Positions 50,501 through 64,000 of a stretch of DNA of 64,000 nucleotides are shown piece after piece. Every line of letters begins with the position of its first letter. Positions within the stretch are counted from its first letter, which is position 1. The DNA is from the human T2T-CHM13v2.0 reference genome, Homo sapiens. The notes below the pieces were generated by a model that was not told the origin of the DNA, did not search any database, and saw nothing but the letters and a program-made list of their open reading frames with translations. The position numbers were made by a program, and so were the translations under genes. The stretch lies in the NCBI RefSeq assembly GCF_009914755.1, contig NC_060937.1. The stretch is one strand, 5' to 3'.

Positions 50501-53500
50501 AAATATAGATTATATACTGTACATAAAATACCAAACTACCCCAAATATATATTTTATACTGTACATGAAATATCAAAGTTCTCAAACTATATATTATATA
50601 CTGCACATAAAATATCAAAGTACCCAAGGTATATATTCCATACTGTACAAAAAATATCAAAGTACCCAAAGCATATATTATATGCTGTACATAAAATATG
50701 AAAGTACATCAAATATATATTTTATTCTGTACATAAAATATCAAAGTACACCAAATATATATTCTATACTGTACATAAAATATCAAGGTACCCAAACTAT
50801 ACATTATATACTGTACATAAAATATGAAATTACATCAAATATATATTATATTAGGTACATAAAATATGAAAGTACATCAAATATAGCTTATATACTGTAC
50901 ATAAAATATCAAAGTACCCAAATATATATCATATACTGTACATGAAATATCAAAGTTCACAAACTATATATTATATACTGTACATAAAATATCAAAGTAC
51001 CCAAACTATACATTATATACTGTACATAAAATATGAAATTACATCAAATATATATTATATTAGGTATGAAATTATGAAAGTACATCAAATATAGATTATA
51101 TACTGTACATAAAATACCAAAGTACCCCAAATATATATTTTATACTGTACATGAAATATCAAAGTTCTCAAACTATATATTATATACTGCACATAAAATA
51201 TCAAAGTACCCAAGGTATATATTCCATACTGTACAAAAAATATCAAAGTACCCAAAGCATATATTATATGCTGTACATAAAATATGAAAGTACATCAAAT
51301 ATAGATTATATACTGTACATAAAATATCAAAGTACACCAAATATATATTCTATACTGTACATAAAATATCAAGGTACCCAAACTATACATTATATACTGT
51401 ACATAAGATATGAAATTACATCAAATATATATTATATTAGGTACATAAAATATGAAAGTACATCAAATATAGATTATATACTGTACATAAAATCTCAAAG
51501 TACCCAAATATATATCATATACTGTACATGAAATATCAAAGTTCACAAACTATATATTATATACTGTACATAAAATATCAAAGTACCCAAACTATACATT
51601 ATATACTGTACATAAAATATGAAATTACATCAAATATATATTTTATTAGGTATGTAAAATATGAAAGTACATCAAATATAGATTATATACTGTACATAAT
51701 ATACCAAAGTACCCCAAATATATATTTTCTACTGTACATGAAATATCAAAGTTCTCAAACTATATATTATATACTGCACATAAAATATCAAAGTACCCAA
51801 GGTATATATTCCATACTGTACAAAAAATATCAAAGTACCCAAAGCATATATTATATGCTGTACATAAAATATGAAAGTACATCAAGTATATATTTTATTC
51901 TGTACATAAAATATCAAAGTACACCAAGTATATATTCTATACTGTACATAAAATATCAAGGTACCCAAACTATACATTATATACTGTATATAAGATATGA
52001 AATTACATCAAATATATATTATATTATGTACGTAAAATATGAAAGTACATCAAATATAGCTTATATACTGTACATAAAATATCAAAGTACCCAAATATAT
52101 ATCATATACTGTACATGAAATATCAAAGTTCACACACTATATATTATATACTGTACATAAAATATCAAAGTACCCAAACTATACATTATATACTGTACAT
52201 AAAATATGAAATTACATCAAATATATATTTTATTAGGTATGTAAAATATGAAAGTACATCAAATATAGATTATATACTGTACATAAAATACCAAAGTACC
52301 CCAAATATATATTTTATACTGTACATGAAATATCAAAGTTCTCAAACTATATATTATATACTGCACATAAAATATCAAAGTACCCAAGGTATATATTCCA
52401 TACTGTACAAAAAATATCAAAGTACCCAAAGCATATATTATATGCTGTACGTAAAATATGAAAGTACATCAAGTATATATTTTATTCTGTACATAAAATA
52501 TCAAAGTACACCAAGTATATATTCTATACTGTACATAAAATATCAAGGTACCCAAACTATACATTATATACTGTATATAAGATATGAAATTACATCAAAT
52601 ATATATTATATTATGTACGTAAAATATGAAAGTACATCAAATATAGCTTATATACTGTACATAAAATATCAAAGTACCCAAATATATATCATATACTGTA
52701 CATGAAATATCAAAGTTCACACACTATATATTATATACTGTACATAAAATATCAAAGTACCCAAACTATACATTATATACTGTACATAAAATATGAAATT
52801 ACATCAAATATATATTTTATTAGGTATGTAAAATATGAAAGTACATCAAATATAGATTATATACTGTACATAAAATACCAAAGTACCCCAAATATATATT
52901 TTATACTGTACATGAAATATCAAAGTTCTCAAACTATATATTATATACTGCACATAAAATATCAAAGTACCCAAGGTATATATTCCATACTGTACAAAAA
53001 ATATCAAAGTACCCAAAGCATATATTATATGCTGTACATAAAATATGAAAGTACATCAAGTATATATTTTATTCTGTACATAAAATATCAAAGTACACCA
53101 AGTATATATTCTATACTGTACATAAAATATCAAGGTACCCAAACTATACATTATATACTGTATATAAGATATGAAATTACATCAAATATATATTATATTA
53201 TGTACGTAAAATATGAAAGTACATCAAATATAGCTTATATACTGTACATAAAATATCAAAGTACCCAAATATATATCATATACTGTACATGAAATATCAA
53301 AGTTCACACACTATATATTATATACTGTACATAAAATATCAAAGTACCCAAACTATACATTATATACTGTACATAAAATATGAAATTACATCAAATATAT
53401 ATTTTATTAGGTATGTAAAATATGAAAGTACATCAAATATAGATTATATACTGTACATAAAATACCAAAGTACCCCAAATATATATTTTATACTGTACAT

Positions 53501-56500
53501 GAAATATCAAAGTTCTCAAACTATATATTATATACTGCACATAAAATATCAAAGTACCCAAGGTATATATTCCATACTGTACAAAAAATATCAAAGTACC
53601 CAAAGCATATATTATATGCTGTACATAAAATATGAAAGTAAATGAAATATATATTTTATTCTCTACATAAAATATCAAAGTACACCAAATATATATTCTA
53701 TACTGTACATAAAATGTCAAGTTACCCAAAGTATACATTATATACTGTACATAAAATATGAAATTACATCAAATATATATTATATTAGGTACATAAAATA
53801 TGAAAGTACATCAAATATAGATTATATACTGTACATAAAATATCAAAGTACCCAAATATATATCATATACTGTACATGAAATATCAAAGTTCACAAACTA
53901 TATATTATATACTGTACATAAAATATCAAAGTACCCAAACTATACATTATATACTGTACATAAAATATGAAATTACATCAAATATATATTTTATTAGGTA
54001 TGTAAAATATGAAAGTACATCAAATATAGATTATATACTGTACATAAAATACCAAAGTACCCCAAAAATATATTTTATACTGTACATGAAATATCAAAGT
54101 TCTCAAACTATATATTATATACTGCACATAAAATATCAAAGTACCCAAGCTATATATTCCATACTATACAAAAAATATCAAAGTACCCAAAGCATATATT
54201 ATATGCTGTACATAAAATATGAAAGTACATCAAATATATATTTTATTCTGTACATAAAATATCAAAGTGCACCAAATATATATTCTATACTGTACATAAA
54301 ATATCAAGGTACCCAAACTATACATTATATACTGTACATAAAATATGAAATTACATCAAATATATATTATATTAGGTACATAAAATATGAAAGTACATCA
54401 AATATAGATTATATACTGTACATAAAATATCAAAGTACCCAAATATATATCATATACTGTACATGAAATATCAAAGTTCACACACTATTTATTATATACT
54501 GTACATAAAATATCAAAGTACCCAAAGTATACATTATATACTGTACATAAAATATGAAATTACATCAAATATATATTATATTAGGTATGTAAAATATGAA
54601 AGTACATCAAATATAGATTATATACTGTACATAAAATACCAAAGTACCCCAAATATATATTTTATACTGTACATGAAATATCAAAGTTCTCAAAATATAT
54701 ATTATATACTGCACATAAAATATCAAAGTACCCAAGGTATATATTCCGTACTGTACAAAAAATATCAAAGTACCCAAAGCATATATTATATGCTGTACAT
54801 AAAATATGAAAGTACATCAAATATATATTTTATTCTGTACATAAAATATCAAAGTACACCAAATACATATTCTAAACTGCACATAAAATATAAAGGTACC
54901 CAAACTATACATTATATACTGTACATAAAATACGAAATTACATCAAATATATATTATATTAGGTACATAAAATATGAAAGTACATCAAATATAGATTATA
55001 TACTGTACATAAAATATCAAAGTACCCAAATATATATCATATACTGTACATGAAATATCAGTTCACAAACTATATATTATATACCGTACATAAAATATAA
55101 AAGTACCCAAACTATACATTATATACTGTACATAAACTATGAAATTACATCAAATATATATTTTATTAGGTATGTAAAATATGAAAGTACATCAAATATA
55201 GATTATATACTGTACATAAAATACCAAAGTACCCCAAATATATATTTTATACTGTACATGAAATATCAAAGTTCTCAAACTATATATTATATACTGCACA
55301 TAAAATATCAACGTACCCAAGCTATATATTCCATACTGTACAAAAAATATCAAAGTACCCAAAGCATATATTATATTCTGTACATAAAATATGAAAGTAC
55401 ATCAAATATATATTTTATTCTGTACATAAAATTTCAAAGTACACCAAATATATATTCTATACTGTACATAAAATATCAAGGTACCCAAACTATACATTAT
55501 ATACTGTACATAAAATATGAAATTACATCAAATATATATTATATTAGGTACATAAAATATGAAAGTACATCAAATATAGATTATATACTGTACATAAAAT
55601 ATCAAAGTACCCAAATATATATCATATACTGTACATGAAATATCAAAGTTCACAAACTATATATTATATACTGTACATAAAATATCAAAGTACCCAAACT
55701 ATACATTATATACTGTACATAAAATATGAAATTACATCAAATATATATTTTATTAGGTATGTAAAATATGAAAGTACATCAAATATAGATTATATACTGT
55801 ACATAAAATACCAAACTACCCCAAATATATATTTTATACTGTACATGAAATATCAAAGTTCTCAAACTATATATTATATACTGCACATAAAATATCAAAG
55901 TACCCAAGGTATATATTCCATACTGTACAAAAATTATCAAAGTACCCAAAGCATATATTATATGCTGTACATAAAATATGAAAGTACATCAAATATATAT
56001 TTTATTCTGTACATAAAATATCAAAGCACACCAAATATATATTCTATACTGTACATAAAATATCAAGGTACCCAAACTATACATTATATACTGTACATAA
56101 TATATGAAATTACATCAAATATATATTATATTAGGTACATAAAATATGAAAGTACATCAAATATAGATTCTATACTGTACATAAAATATCAAAGTACCCA
56201 AATATATATCATATACTGTACATGAAATATCAAAGTTCACAAACTATATATTATATACTGTACATAAAATATCAAAGTACCCAAACTATACATTATATAC
56301 TGTACATAAAATCTGAAATTACATCAAATATATATTATATTAGGTATGTAAAATATGAAAGTACATCAAATATAGATTGTATACTGTACATAAAATACCA
56401 AAGTACCCCAAATATATATTTTATACTGTACATGAAATATCAAAGTTCTCAAACTATATATTATATACTGCACATAAAATATCAAAGTACCCAAGCTATA

Positions 56501-57395
56501 TATTCCATACTGTACAAAAAATATCAAAGTACCCAAAGCATATATTATATGCTGTACATAAAATATGAAAGTACATCAAATATATATTTTATTCTGTACA
56601 TAAAATATCAAAGTACACCAAATATATATTCTATACTGTACATAAAATATCAACGTACCCAAACTATACATTTTATACTGTACATAAAATATGAAATTAC
56701 ATCAAATATATATTATATTAGGTACATAAAATATGAAAGTACATCAAATATAGATTATACACTGTACATAAAATATCAAAGTACCCAAATATATATCATA
56801 TACTGTACATGAAATATCAAAGTTCACAAACTATATATTATATACTGTACATAAAATATCAAAGTACCCAAACTATACATTATATACTGTACATAAAAGA
56901 TGAAATTACATCAAATATATATTATATTAGGTATGTAAAATATGAGAGTACATCAAATATAGATTATATACTGTACATAAAATACCAAAGTACCCCAAAT
57001 ATATATTTTATACTGTACATGAAATATCAAAGTTCTCAAACTATATATTATATACTGCACATAAAATATCAAAGTACCCAAGGTATATATTCCATACTGT
57101 ACAAAAAATATCAAAGTACCCAAAGCATATATTATATGCTGTACATAAAATATGAAAGTACATGAAATATATATTTTATTCTCTACATAAAATATCAAAG
57201 TACACCAAACATATATTCTATACTGTACATAAAATATCAAGGTACCCAAACTATACATTATATACTGTACATAAAATATGAAATTACATCAAAAATATAT
57301 TATATTAGGTACATAAAATATGAAAGTACATCAAATATAGATTATATACTGTACATAAAATATCAAAGTACCCAAATATATATCATATACTGTAC

Positions 57396-60300
57396 ATGAA
57401 ATATCAAAGTTCACACACTATATATTATATACTGTACATAAAATATCAAAGTACCCAAACTATACATTATATACTGTACATAAAATATGAAATTACATCA
57501 AATATATATTTTATTAGGTATGTAAAATATGAAAGTACATCAAATAGAGGTTATATACTGTACATAAAATACCAAAGTACCCCAAATATATATTTTAAAC
57601 TGTACAGGAAATATCAAAGTTCTCAAACTATATATTATATACTGCACCTAAAATATTAAAGTACCCAAGGTATATATTCCATAATGTACAAAAAATATCA
57701 AAGTACCCAAAGCATATATTATATGCTGTACATAAAATATGAAAGTAGATGTAATATATATTTTATTCTCTACATAAAATATCAAAGTACACCAAATATA
57801 TATTCTATATTGTACATAAAATATCAAGGTACCCAAACTATACATTATATACTGTACATAAAATATGAAATTACATCAAATATATATTATATTAGGTACA
57901 TAAAATATGAAAGTACATCAAATATAGATTATATACTGTACATAAAATATCAAAGTACCCAAACTATACATTATATACTGTACATAAAAGATGAAATTAC
58001 ATCAAATATATATTATATTAGGTATGTAAAATATGAAAGTACATCAAATATAGATTATATACTGTACATAAAATACCAAAGTACCCCAAATATATATTTT
58101 ATACTGTACAGGAAATATCAGAGTTCTCAAACTATATATTATATACTGCACATAAAATATCAAAGTACCCAAGGTATATATTCCATACTGTACAAAAAAT
58201 ATCAAAGTACCCAAAGCATATATTATATGCTGTACATAAAATATGAAAATACATCATATATATATTTTATTCTGTACATAAAATATCAAAGTACACCAAA
58301 TATATATTCTATAATGTACATAAAATATCAAGGTACCCAAACTATACATTATATACTGTACATAAAATATGAAATTACATCAAATATATATTATATTAGG
58401 TACATAAAATATGAAAGTACATCAAATATAGATTATATACTGTACATAAAATATCAAAGTACCCAAATATATATCATATACTGTACATGAAATATCAAAG
58501 TTCACAAACTATATATTTTATACTGTACATAAAATATCAAAGTACCCACACTATACATTATATACTGTACATAAAATATGAAATTACATCCAATATATAT
58601 TATATTAGGTATGTAAAATATGAAAGTACATCAAATATAGATTATATACTGTACATAAAATACCAAAATACCCCAAATATATATTTTATACTGTACATGA
58701 AATATCAAAGTTCTCAAACTATATATTATATACTGCACATAAAATATCAAAGTACCCAAGGTATATATTCCATACTGTACAAAAAATATCAAAGTATCCA
58801 AAGCATATATTATATGCTGTACATAAAATATGAAAGTACATGAAATATATATTTTATTCTCTACATAAAATATCAAAGTACACCAAATATATATTCTATA
58901 CTGTACATAAAATATCAAGGTACCCAAACTATACATTATATACTGTACATAAAATATGAAATTACATCAAAAATATATTATATTAGGTACATAAAATATG
59001 AAAGTACATCAAATATAGATTATATACTGTACATAAAATATCAAAGTACCCAAATATATATCATATACTGTACATGAAATATCAAAGTTCACAAACTATA
59101 TATTATATACTGTACATAAAATATCAAAGTACCCAAACTATACATTATATACTGTACATAAAATATGAAATTACATCAATTATACATTATATTAGGTATG
59201 TAAAATATGAAAGTACATCAAATAGAGGTTATATACTGTACATAAAATTCCAAAGTACCCCAAATATATATTTTATACTGTACATGAAATATCAAAGTTC
59301 TCAAACTATATATTATATACTGCACCTAAAATATCAAAGTACCCAAGGTATATATTCCATAATGTACAAAAAATATCAAAGTACCCAAAGCATATATTAT
59401 ATGCTGTACATAAAATATGAAAGTAGATGTAATATATATTTTATTCTGTACATAAAATATCAAAGTACACCAAATATATATTCTATACTGTACATAAAAT
59501 ATAAAGTTACCCAAACTATACATTATATACAGTACATAAAATATGAAATTACATCAAATATAGATTATATACTGTACATAAAATATCAAAGTACCCAAAT
59601 ATATATCATATACTGTACATGAAATATCAAAGTTCACAAACTATATATTATATACTGTACATAAAATATCAAGGTACCCAAACTATACATTATATACTGT
59701 ACATAAAAGATGAAATTAAATCAAATATATATTATCTTAGGTATGTAAAATATGAAAGTACATCAAATATAGATTATATACTGTACATAAAATACCAAAG
59801 TACCCCAAATATATATTTTATACTGTACATGAAATATCAAAGTTCTCAAACTATATATTATATAGTGCACATAAAATATCAAAGTACCAATGGTATATAT
59901 TCCATACTGTACAAAAAATATCAAAGTACCCAAAGCATATATTATGCTGTACATAAAATATGAAAGTACATGAAATATATATTTTATTCTGTACATAAAA
60001 TATCAAAGTACACCAAATATATATTCTATACTGTACATAAAATATCAAGGTACCCAAACTATACATTATATACTGTACATAAAATATGAAATTACATCAA
60101 ATATATATTATATTAGGTACATAAAATATGAAAGTACATCAAATATAGATTATATACTGTACATAAAATATCAAAGTACCCAAACTATACATTATATACT
60201 GTACATAAAAGATGAAATTACATCAAATATATATTATATTAGGTATGTAAAATATGAAAGTACATCAAATATAGATTATATACTGTACATAAAATACCAA

Positions 60301-63300
60301 AGTACCCCAAATATATATTTTATACTGTACATGAAATATCAAAGTTCTCAAACTATATATTATATACTGCACATAAAATATCAAAGTACCCAAGGTATAT
60401 ATTCCATACTGTACAAAAAATATCAAAGTACCCAAAGCATATATTATATGCTGTACATAAAATATGAAAGTACATCAAATATATATTTTATTCTGTACAT
60501 AAAATATCAAAGTACACCAAATATATATTCTATACTGTACATAAAATATCAAGGTACCCAAACTATACATTATATACTGTACATAAAATATGAAATTACA
60601 TCAAATATATATTATATTAGGTACATAAAATATGAAAGTACATCAAATATAGATTATATACTGTACATAAAATATCAAAGTACCCAAATATATATCATAT
60701 ACTGTACATGAAATATCAAAGCTCACACACTATATATTATATACTGTACATAAAATATCAATGTACCCAAACTATACTTTATATACTGTACATAAAATAT
60801 GAAATTACATCAATTATATATTATATTAGGTGTGCAAAATATGAAAGTACATCAAATAGAGGTTATATACTGTACATAAAATACCAAAGTACCCCAAATA
60901 TATATTTTATACTGTACATGAAATATCAAAGTTCTCAAACTATATATTATATACTGCACATAAAATATCAAAGTACCCAAGGTATATATTCCATAATGTA
61001 CAAAAAATATCAAAGTACCCAAAGCATATATTATATGCTGTACATAAAATATGAAAGTAGATGTAATATATATTTTATTCTCTACATAAAATATCAAAGT
61101 ACACCAAATATATATTCTATACTGTACATAAAATATCAAGGTACCCAAACTATACATTATCTACTGTACATAAAATATGAAATTACATCAAATATATATT
61201 ATATTAGGTACATAAAATATGAAAGTACATCAAATATAGATTATATACTGTACATAAAATATCAAAGTACCCAAATATATATCATATACTGTACATGAAA
61301 TATCAAAGTTCACAAACTATATATTATATACTGTACATAAAATAGCAAAGTACCCAAACTATACATTATATACTGTACATAAAAGATGAAATTACATCAA
61401 ATATATATTATCTTAGGTATGGAAAATATGAAAGTACATCAAATATAGATTATATACTGTACATAAAATACCAAAGTACCCCAAATATATATTTTATACT
61501 GTACATGAAATATCGAAGTTCTCAAACTATATATTATATACTGCACATAAAATATCAAAGTACCCAAGGTATATATTCCATACTGTACAAAAAATATCAA
61601 AGTACCCAAAGCATATATTATATGCTGTACATAAAATATGAAAGTACATGAAATATATATTTTATTCTGTACATAAAATATCAAAGTACACCAAATATAT
61701 ATTCTATACTGTACATAAAATATCAAGGTACCCAAACTATACATTATATACTGTACATAAAATATGAAATTACATCAAATATATATTATATTAGGTACAT
61801 AAAATATGAAAGTACATCAAATATAGATTATATACTGTACATAAAATATCAAAGTACCCAAACTATACATTATATACTGTACATAAAATATGAAATTACA
61901 TCAAATATATATTATATTAGGTATGTAAAATATGAAAGTACATCAAATATAGATTATATACTGTACATAAAATACCAAAGTACCCCAAATATATATTTTA
62001 TACTGTACATGAAATATCAAAGTTCTCAAACTATATATTATATACTGCACATAAAATATCAAAGTACCCAAGGTATATATTCCATACTGTACAAAAAATA
62101 TCAAAGTACCCAAAGCATATATTATATGCTGTACATAAAATATGAAAGTACATCAAATATATATTTTATTCTGTACATAAAATATCAAAGTACACCAAAT
62201 ATATATTCTATACTGTACATAAAATATCAAGGTACCCAAACTATACATTATATACTGTACATAAAATATGAAATTACATCAAATATATATTATATTAGGT
62301 ACATAAAATATGAAAGTACATCAAATATAGATTATATACTGTACATAAAATATCAAAGTACCCAAATATATATCATATACTGTACATGAAATATCAAAGC
62401 TCACACACTATATATTATATACTGTACATAAAATATCAAAGTACCCAAACTATACTTTATATACTGTACATAAAATATGAAATTACATCAAATATATATT
62501 TTATTAGGTATGTAAAATATGAAAGTACATCAAGTATAGATTTTATACTGTACATAAAATACCAAAGTACCCCAAATATATATTTTATACTGTACATGAA
62601 ATATCAAAGTTCTCAAACTATATATTATATACTGCACATAAAATATCAAAGTACCCAAGGTATATATTACATACTGTACAAAAAATATCAAAGTACCCAA
62701 AGCATATATTATATGCTGTACATAAAATATGAAAGTACATGAAATATATATTTTATTCTCTACATAAAATATCAAAGTACACCAAATATATATTCTATAC
62801 TGTACATAAAATATCAAGGTACCCAAACTATACATTATATACTGTACATAAGATATGAAATTACATCAAATATATATTATATTAGGTACATAAAATATGA
62901 AAGTACATCAAATATAGATTATATACGGTACATAAAATATCAAAGTACCCAAATATATATCATATACTGTACATGAAATATCAAAGTTCACAAACTATAT
63001 ATTATATACTGTACATAAAATATCAAAGTACCCAAACTATACATTTTATACTGTACATAAAATATGAAATTACATCAAATATATATTTTATTAGGTATGT
63101 AAAATATGAAAGTACATCAAATATAGATTATATACTGTACATAAAATACCAAAGTACCCCAAATATATATTCTATACTGTACATGAAATATCAAAGTTCT
63201 CAAACTATATATTATATAGTGCACATAAAATATCAAAGTACCCAAGGTATATATTCCATACTGTACAAAAAATATCAAAGTACCCAAAGCATATATTATA

Positions 63301-64000
63301 TGCTGTACATAAAATATGAAAGTACATGAAATATATATTTTATTCTGTACATAAAATATCAAAGTACACCAAATATATATTCTATACTGTACATAAAATA
63401 TCAAGGTACCCAAACTATACATTATATACTGTACATAAGATATGAAATTACATCAAATATATATTATATAAGGTACATAAAATATGAAAGTACATCAAAC
63501 ATAGCTTATATACTGTACATAAAATATGAAAGTACATCAAATATAGATTATATACTGTACATAAAATACCAAAGTACCCCAAATATATATTTTATACTGT
63601 ACATGAAATATCAAAGTTCTCAAACTATATATTATATACTGCACATAAAATATCAAAGTACCCAAGGTATATATTCCATACTGTACAAAAAATATCAAAG
63701 TACCCAAAGCATATATTATATGCTGTACATAAAATATGAAAGTACATCAAATATATATTTTATTCTGTACATAAAATATCAAAGTACACCAAATATATAT
63801 TCTATACTGTACATAAAATATCAAGGTACCCAAACTATACATTATATACTGTACATAAAATATGAAATTACATCAAATATATATTATATTAGGTACATAA
63901 AATATGAAAGTACATCAAATATAGATTATATAGTGTACATAAAATATCAAAGTACCCAAATATATATCATATACTGTACATGAAATATCAAAGCTCACAC
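57396..64000 (+). repeat. About 1,678-bp (40-monomer) local super-repeat containing an 83-bp deletion unit
   Basis: Starts at 57396, 59074, 60708 and 62386. Markers are AATAGAGGTT/GAAAGTAGATGTAAT (about 57544, 59221, 60856) and AAGCTCACAC (about 60719, 62397, 63991). D''+E is deleted at about 57950, 60170 and 61850. Confidence 0.8.

Larger units (their letters stand above)
1..64000 (+). repeat. HSat1A / classical human Satellite I (SAR): 42-bp monomer tandem array, running off both window ends
   Basis: Continuous 42-bp periodicity, e.g. 1-42 TATCAAAGTACCCAAAGCATGTATTATATACTGTACATAAAA. The subunits ACATAAAATAT(C/G)AAAGT (17 bp) and ACCCAAA...TATACTGT (25 bp) lie between GTAC sites, the known structure of Satellite I. 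Same strand throughout, with no unique sequence. Confidence 0.96.
16301..64000 (+). repeat. Domain 4: 587-bp 14-mer higher-order repeat (E A B' C D' E' F G H I A' B C D''[41 bp]), about 80 units
   Basis: Unit starts are spaced 587 bp (16576, 17163; 28647, 29234, 29821; 35099, 35686, 36273, 36860, 37447, 38034, 38621). 13x42+41=587. There is one GGTACC per canonical unit. Confidence 0.93.

Noticed and set aside
15495-63422. Minus-strand 62-101 aa hydrophobic ORFs
   Set aside because: They appear only where a point change in monomer H or C (usually TCA to TGA on the + strand) removes a minus-strand stop. They are antisense translations of the same repeat.
16576-64000. Chain of 196/126/118-aa ORFs overlapping by ATGA, resembling a translationally coupled operon
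   Set aside because: The overlap is generated mechanically by the 41-bp D'' monomer in each 587-bp unit. There are no ribosome-binding sites, and the content is satellite.
1-64000. CRISPR-like repeat/spacer array (conserved CTGTACATAAAATAT with variable intervals)
   Set aside because: The intervals are homologous to one another and cycle with period 9 or 14. There are no unique spacers, leader or cas genes.
1-64000. TATA-box-like, hairpin and palindromic motifs (TATATATTATATA, TGTACA) as promoters or terminators
   Set aside because: They are intrinsic to every AT-rich monomer, with no positional or contextual support for function.
1-64000. Inversions, Alu/L1 insertions, alpha satellite/CENP-B boxes, HSat1B or HSat2/3
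   Set aside because: None seen on reading: orientation is constant, and there are no CATTC repeats, no 171-bp unit and no GC-rich Alu-derived segment.
1-64000. Assignment to a specific chromosome or species
   Set aside because: HSat1A occurs on several human chromosomes (3, 4 and the acrocentric short arms), and related sequence may occur in apes. There is no flanking unique sequence here to place it.

Overview
The whole 64 kb window is one uninterrupted, single-orientation, AT-rich (about 20% GC in the consensus monomer) tandem satellite. It contains roughly 1,500 copies of a 42-bp monomer (consensus TATCAAAGTACCCAAACTATATATTATATACTGTACATAAAA, with two GTAC/RsaI sites giving 17+25 bp subunits). 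This matches human/hominid classical Satellite I = HSat1A (SAR). I find no real genes, transposons, RNA genes or CRISPR arrays; every listed ORF is a by-product of a 3n-length monomer with one stop-free frame. The interest is in the higher-order architecture. Monomer classes are labelled by their translation: A=QSTQTIH, B=EITSNIYYIR, C=ESTSNID, D=QSTPNIY..YM, E=QSSQTI, F=QSTQGI..KK, G=QSTQSM/SI, H=ESTSNIYF, I=QSTPNIYS. The layout is: 1-12.2 kb canonical 378-bp 9-mer (ABCDEFGHI); 12.2-13.6 kb an orphan island of the second type; 13.6-16.3 kb a diverged, intermediate 9-mer layer; 16.3-64 kb about 80 copies of a 587-bp 14-mer (EABCD+EFGHIABCD). The 14-mer can be derived from a 9-mer dimer by loss of F-G-H-I (168 bp) plus 1 bp. 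Both main domains carry nested super-repeats (1,512 and 10,077 bp; 2,347, 3,520, 4,695, 12,321 and 1,678 bp). The window therefore captures a boundary where a new higher-order repeat arose and expanded. I cannot tell without a database search whether the 587-bp HOR has been described before.
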